Assembly (NCBI RefSeq): GCF_009914755.1
Contig: NC_060925.1
Strand: one strand, 5' to 3'
DNA length: 64,000 nt
Origin: the human T2T-CHM13v2.0 reference genome, Homo sapiens
The translations under genes were made by a program, and so were the position numbers. This document shows, in pieces, positions 60,608 to 64,000 of the stretch. Within the stretch, counting starts at the first letter, position 1. Each line of letters begins with the position of its first letter. Under the pieces are notes generated by a model that was not told the DNA's origin, searched no databases, and saw nothing but the letters and a program-made list of their open reading frames with translations.

Positions 60608-63139
60608 AAAATGACCATACTGCCCAAAGCAGTCTATAGACTCTATTCCCATCAAACTACCAATGTCATTTTTCACAGAGCTAGAAAAAAACTATTCTAA
60701 AATCCATACTGAATAAAAAAAAAAAGCCCAAGTAGCAAAAGCAATCCTAAACAAAAGGAACAAATCCAGAGGCATCAATTACCCAACTTCAAACTATACT
60801 CTAAGCCTATAGTAACCAAAACAGCATGGTAGTGGTACAAAAACAGACACATAGACCAATGGAACAGAATAGCAAACCCGGAAATAAAAAGTCACACACC
60901 TATAGCCATCTGATCTTTGACAAAGTCAACAAAAATAAGCAATGGGGAAAGGGCTCCCTATTCAATAAATGGTGCTGGGATAGCTGGCTAGCCATGTGCA
61001 GAAGAATGAAACAGGACCCCTACCTTTCACCATATACAAAAATTAACCCAAGATTGATTAAAGATTTAAATGTAAGACCTCAAACTATAGGAGGAAAACC
61101 TAGAAAACATTATTCTGGACATGGGCCTTAGGAAAGAATTTATGACTAAGTCTTCAAAAGCAATTGCAAAAAAACAAAAATGGGCAAATGAGACCTAATT
61201 AAACTAAAGAGCTTCTGCACAGCAAAAGAAACTATCAATAGAATAAAAGACAACCTACAGAATGGGAGATAATATTCCCAAACTATGTAACTGACAAAGG
61301 TCTAATATCCAGAATGTATAAGGGAATTAAACAATCAAACAAGCAAAAAATAAATAACCCCATTAAAAAATGGGTAAAAGATATGAAGAGATACTTCTCA
61401 AAAGAAGACATACAAGTGGCCAACTAACACATGAAAAAAATGCTCAACATCACTAATCATCAGAGAAATGAAAATCAAAACCACAATGAGATACCACCTC
61501 ACATGAATCAGAATAGCTATTATTAAAAAGTAAACAAAAAACACAAAACACAAAACAATAGATGCTGGTGAGGCTGCAGAGAAAAGGGAACATTTATACA
61601 CTGTTGATGGGAATGTAAATTAGTCTAGCCACTGTGGAAAGCAGTTTGGAGATTTCTCAAAGCACTTTAAATCAGAACTACCTTTCAACTCAGCAATCCC
61701 ATTACCGGGTATATATACTCAAATAAAATAAATCGTTATACCAAACAGACACATGCACTCATATGTTCACTGCAGCACTATTCACAATAGCAATGACATG
61801 GAATCAACCTAGGTGCCCATCAACAGTAGACTGGATAAAGAAAATGGGGGTACATATACACCATGGAATACTATGCAGCCATAAAGAAAAATAAAATCAT
61901 GTCCTTTGCAGCAACGTAGATGCAGTTGGATGCCATTATCCTAAGCAAATTAATGCAGGAATAGAAAACCAAATACCAGATGTTCTCACTTATAAAAGGG
62001 AGCTAAACGTTTGGTACTAATGGACATACAGAAGGCAACAATAGACACTGGGGACTGGTAGACATTGCAGGTAGAAAAGGGGACAAAGGTTGAAAAACTG
62101 TTGAGTCCTATGAGCAGTACCTCAGTGATGGGACCAATCATACCTCATATCTCAGCATCACACAATATATCCATGTAACAAACCTGCATATGTACCCCCA
62201 AATCTAAAATGAAAATTGAAATTATATTTAAAAAGGAATATACTAAAATAAAAGAACTTTTAAGAAAAGCTCTCAAAAGAGCTGAGATTCAGAAATTCAG
62301 AGAGCAGGACAGTTCTATTGTATTATTGCACTGAAGACACTTATTTCCACCATCTCTCGTGACATTTTCTGGCATCTGTGCTAAATGTAGGGGAATTATC
62401 CCTTCTGTGATTACTCTATAGAGTTTTATCACTAGTTCCCTGTTCAATAACCTTCTCCAAACTAAGCCCCCTAAATTAGATTCTTAAAATTCAGAAAAGT
62501 GCACGGAATGCACACCTAAAACACAGAACCTACCACTCTAGAAAAAAAATATTTCGTAAACATTTATTTAGGAATGTGAAAAGGCATGGATATTCACAAA
62601 ACTAATGCTAGAGATTCTCATCCAAAGAACCGAGATAACTGATCATCTTTAGATAATGGTGTTCAATCTGGGAAAACATGACAACTTGTTTTTGGCTAAA
62701 AGATGTCCTTTTGTCACAGTGAGGGTTTGAACAGGTATGAATTGGCTCCTGCTCACCTTTCTAGCATTACCTATAACCACTTCCAAACTACCTGCTGAGA
62801 ACTACATCGGATGACTTGGTGCTTCTTTGTCATCACATCTGCTGCTCCTTAGCAGGTAAGGCCCTTCCTCTTTCTCCTCCATTGAGCTGACCCAGACTCC
62901 AACCTGACACCAGTGCCTCTCCTCTGGTCCTTAACCTGGCCCTTGCAGGACACTGTCATAACATTCATTTCATGCGATACTCATTTCACATGAGCTCCTT
63001 CCATACCTGTCTTCTCTGTGAGGCTCCCAGCATCTTAAGGTGGGGGCTTCACTTCTGTATTCTTGGTACCTACACTAGTGCATGACATGTAATCAGTGCT
63101 AAATAAATGTCTCCTGAATAACTAAGAGACTGTATGTAC

Positions 63140-64000
63140 TAGCTACTTGCATATTCACCTGAATGCCTCCACCACCAGACCAAAAAGTCCTTCCAGGCTT
63201 CCCTGTTTTAGTAAACACACCTCTGCCCATGCAGACACTCGATCTAGAAACTTGGGGGGCACACAGAGCCTCCCCTCTTACTCACCCCTAACAGCTAGCC
63301 CTTCTGATTCCACCTCCCAGTCTCTGGGCACTTCCCTGTCTCTGCCATCATCTGCTTGGGTGTCCACAATGCAGTCCTAAATGGTTTCCCTGCTTCTACT
63401 TTTGTCTTCCCCCAGTATATTCTCCACACAGCCACCAGACCAATCTCTTAAAGTGTAGAGAGGGTCAACCATTCCCTCCTCCAGAGTCCCTACATGGTTC
63501 CCCATAACATAGAGAATAACATATAGTCCCTGACACTGGCGGGGAGATCTCACATTACTGGGCTTCCAGCTGCCTCATGTCAAGTTGCCGCAAGCGCTGG
63601 TCAGCCCTAGTCACTTGAGTCCTCCCAGATGCCAGGAGTGCTCTGAGATGCCGCCTGACTCATGCACTTAGCAGGTATCAGTCCCTGCACTGGGGACATT
63701 CTTCCTCCTGCTCTCCTCTCCAGGCCCTCCTCGACCATCCCATTGAATGTGGCACCTCCTCACCCTCATCCTCTGCAGTGACTTTGGGTTCCAGAACCCT
63801 ATTTACTTCTTTCATAGCACCTGCTCCAAGCTATAATAAGTTTGTCTGTTTACTTGTTTACTTTAGGTGTCTCTCACTGGGGGTAAGCTTCATGGTGATA
63901 AGACTCTTTTATGTCACGTGTCCATTGCATCTCCAGTATTGAAACACTGCCTGATACAGAGGAGATGTTCAGAAAACATGCAATGAGTAAAGGAATAAAC
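63140..64000 (+). mobile_element. L2 3' end (a second L2 3' end lies at ~62930-63120)
   Basis: ttctccacacagccaccaga…ttcttcatagcacc…gcatctccagtattgaaacactgcctgatacagaggagatgttcag. Confidence 0.7.

Overview
This is human (primate) genomic DNA, almost entirely intronic. It holds seven consecutive internal coding exons of PCNX2 (pecanex 2) on the minus strand: 35513-35766, 27255-27488, 24999-25111, 11866-12010, 10638-10868, 9438-9712 and 8584-8771. They total 1440 nt, have GT-AG boundaries, splice with matching phases and encode the conserved Pecanex C-terminal region. The upstream exons and the last exons lie outside the window. The rest is a layered mosaic of transposable elements: a two-LTR THE1D MaLR provirus, MLT1/MER4/MER21/ERVL LTRs, about 17 Alu-family inserts (many with readable TSDs), several L1s of different ages, L2/MIR, and DNA transposons (Tigger4, MER5, MER20, MER58). 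I see no evidence of a new multi-gene system; nearly all listed ORFs are spurious or repeat-derived. The observations most worth checking are (i) a non-TE 28-bp-stem hairpin at 49339-49423, (ii) an Alu inserted a few nt from a weak splice donor with an in-frame read-through ORF, (iii) inverted Alu pairs bracketing two phase-symmetric exons, and (iv) several nested or duplicated repeat structures whose history can be read from the sequence. Repeat subfamily names come from recalled consensus sequences, not a database search.
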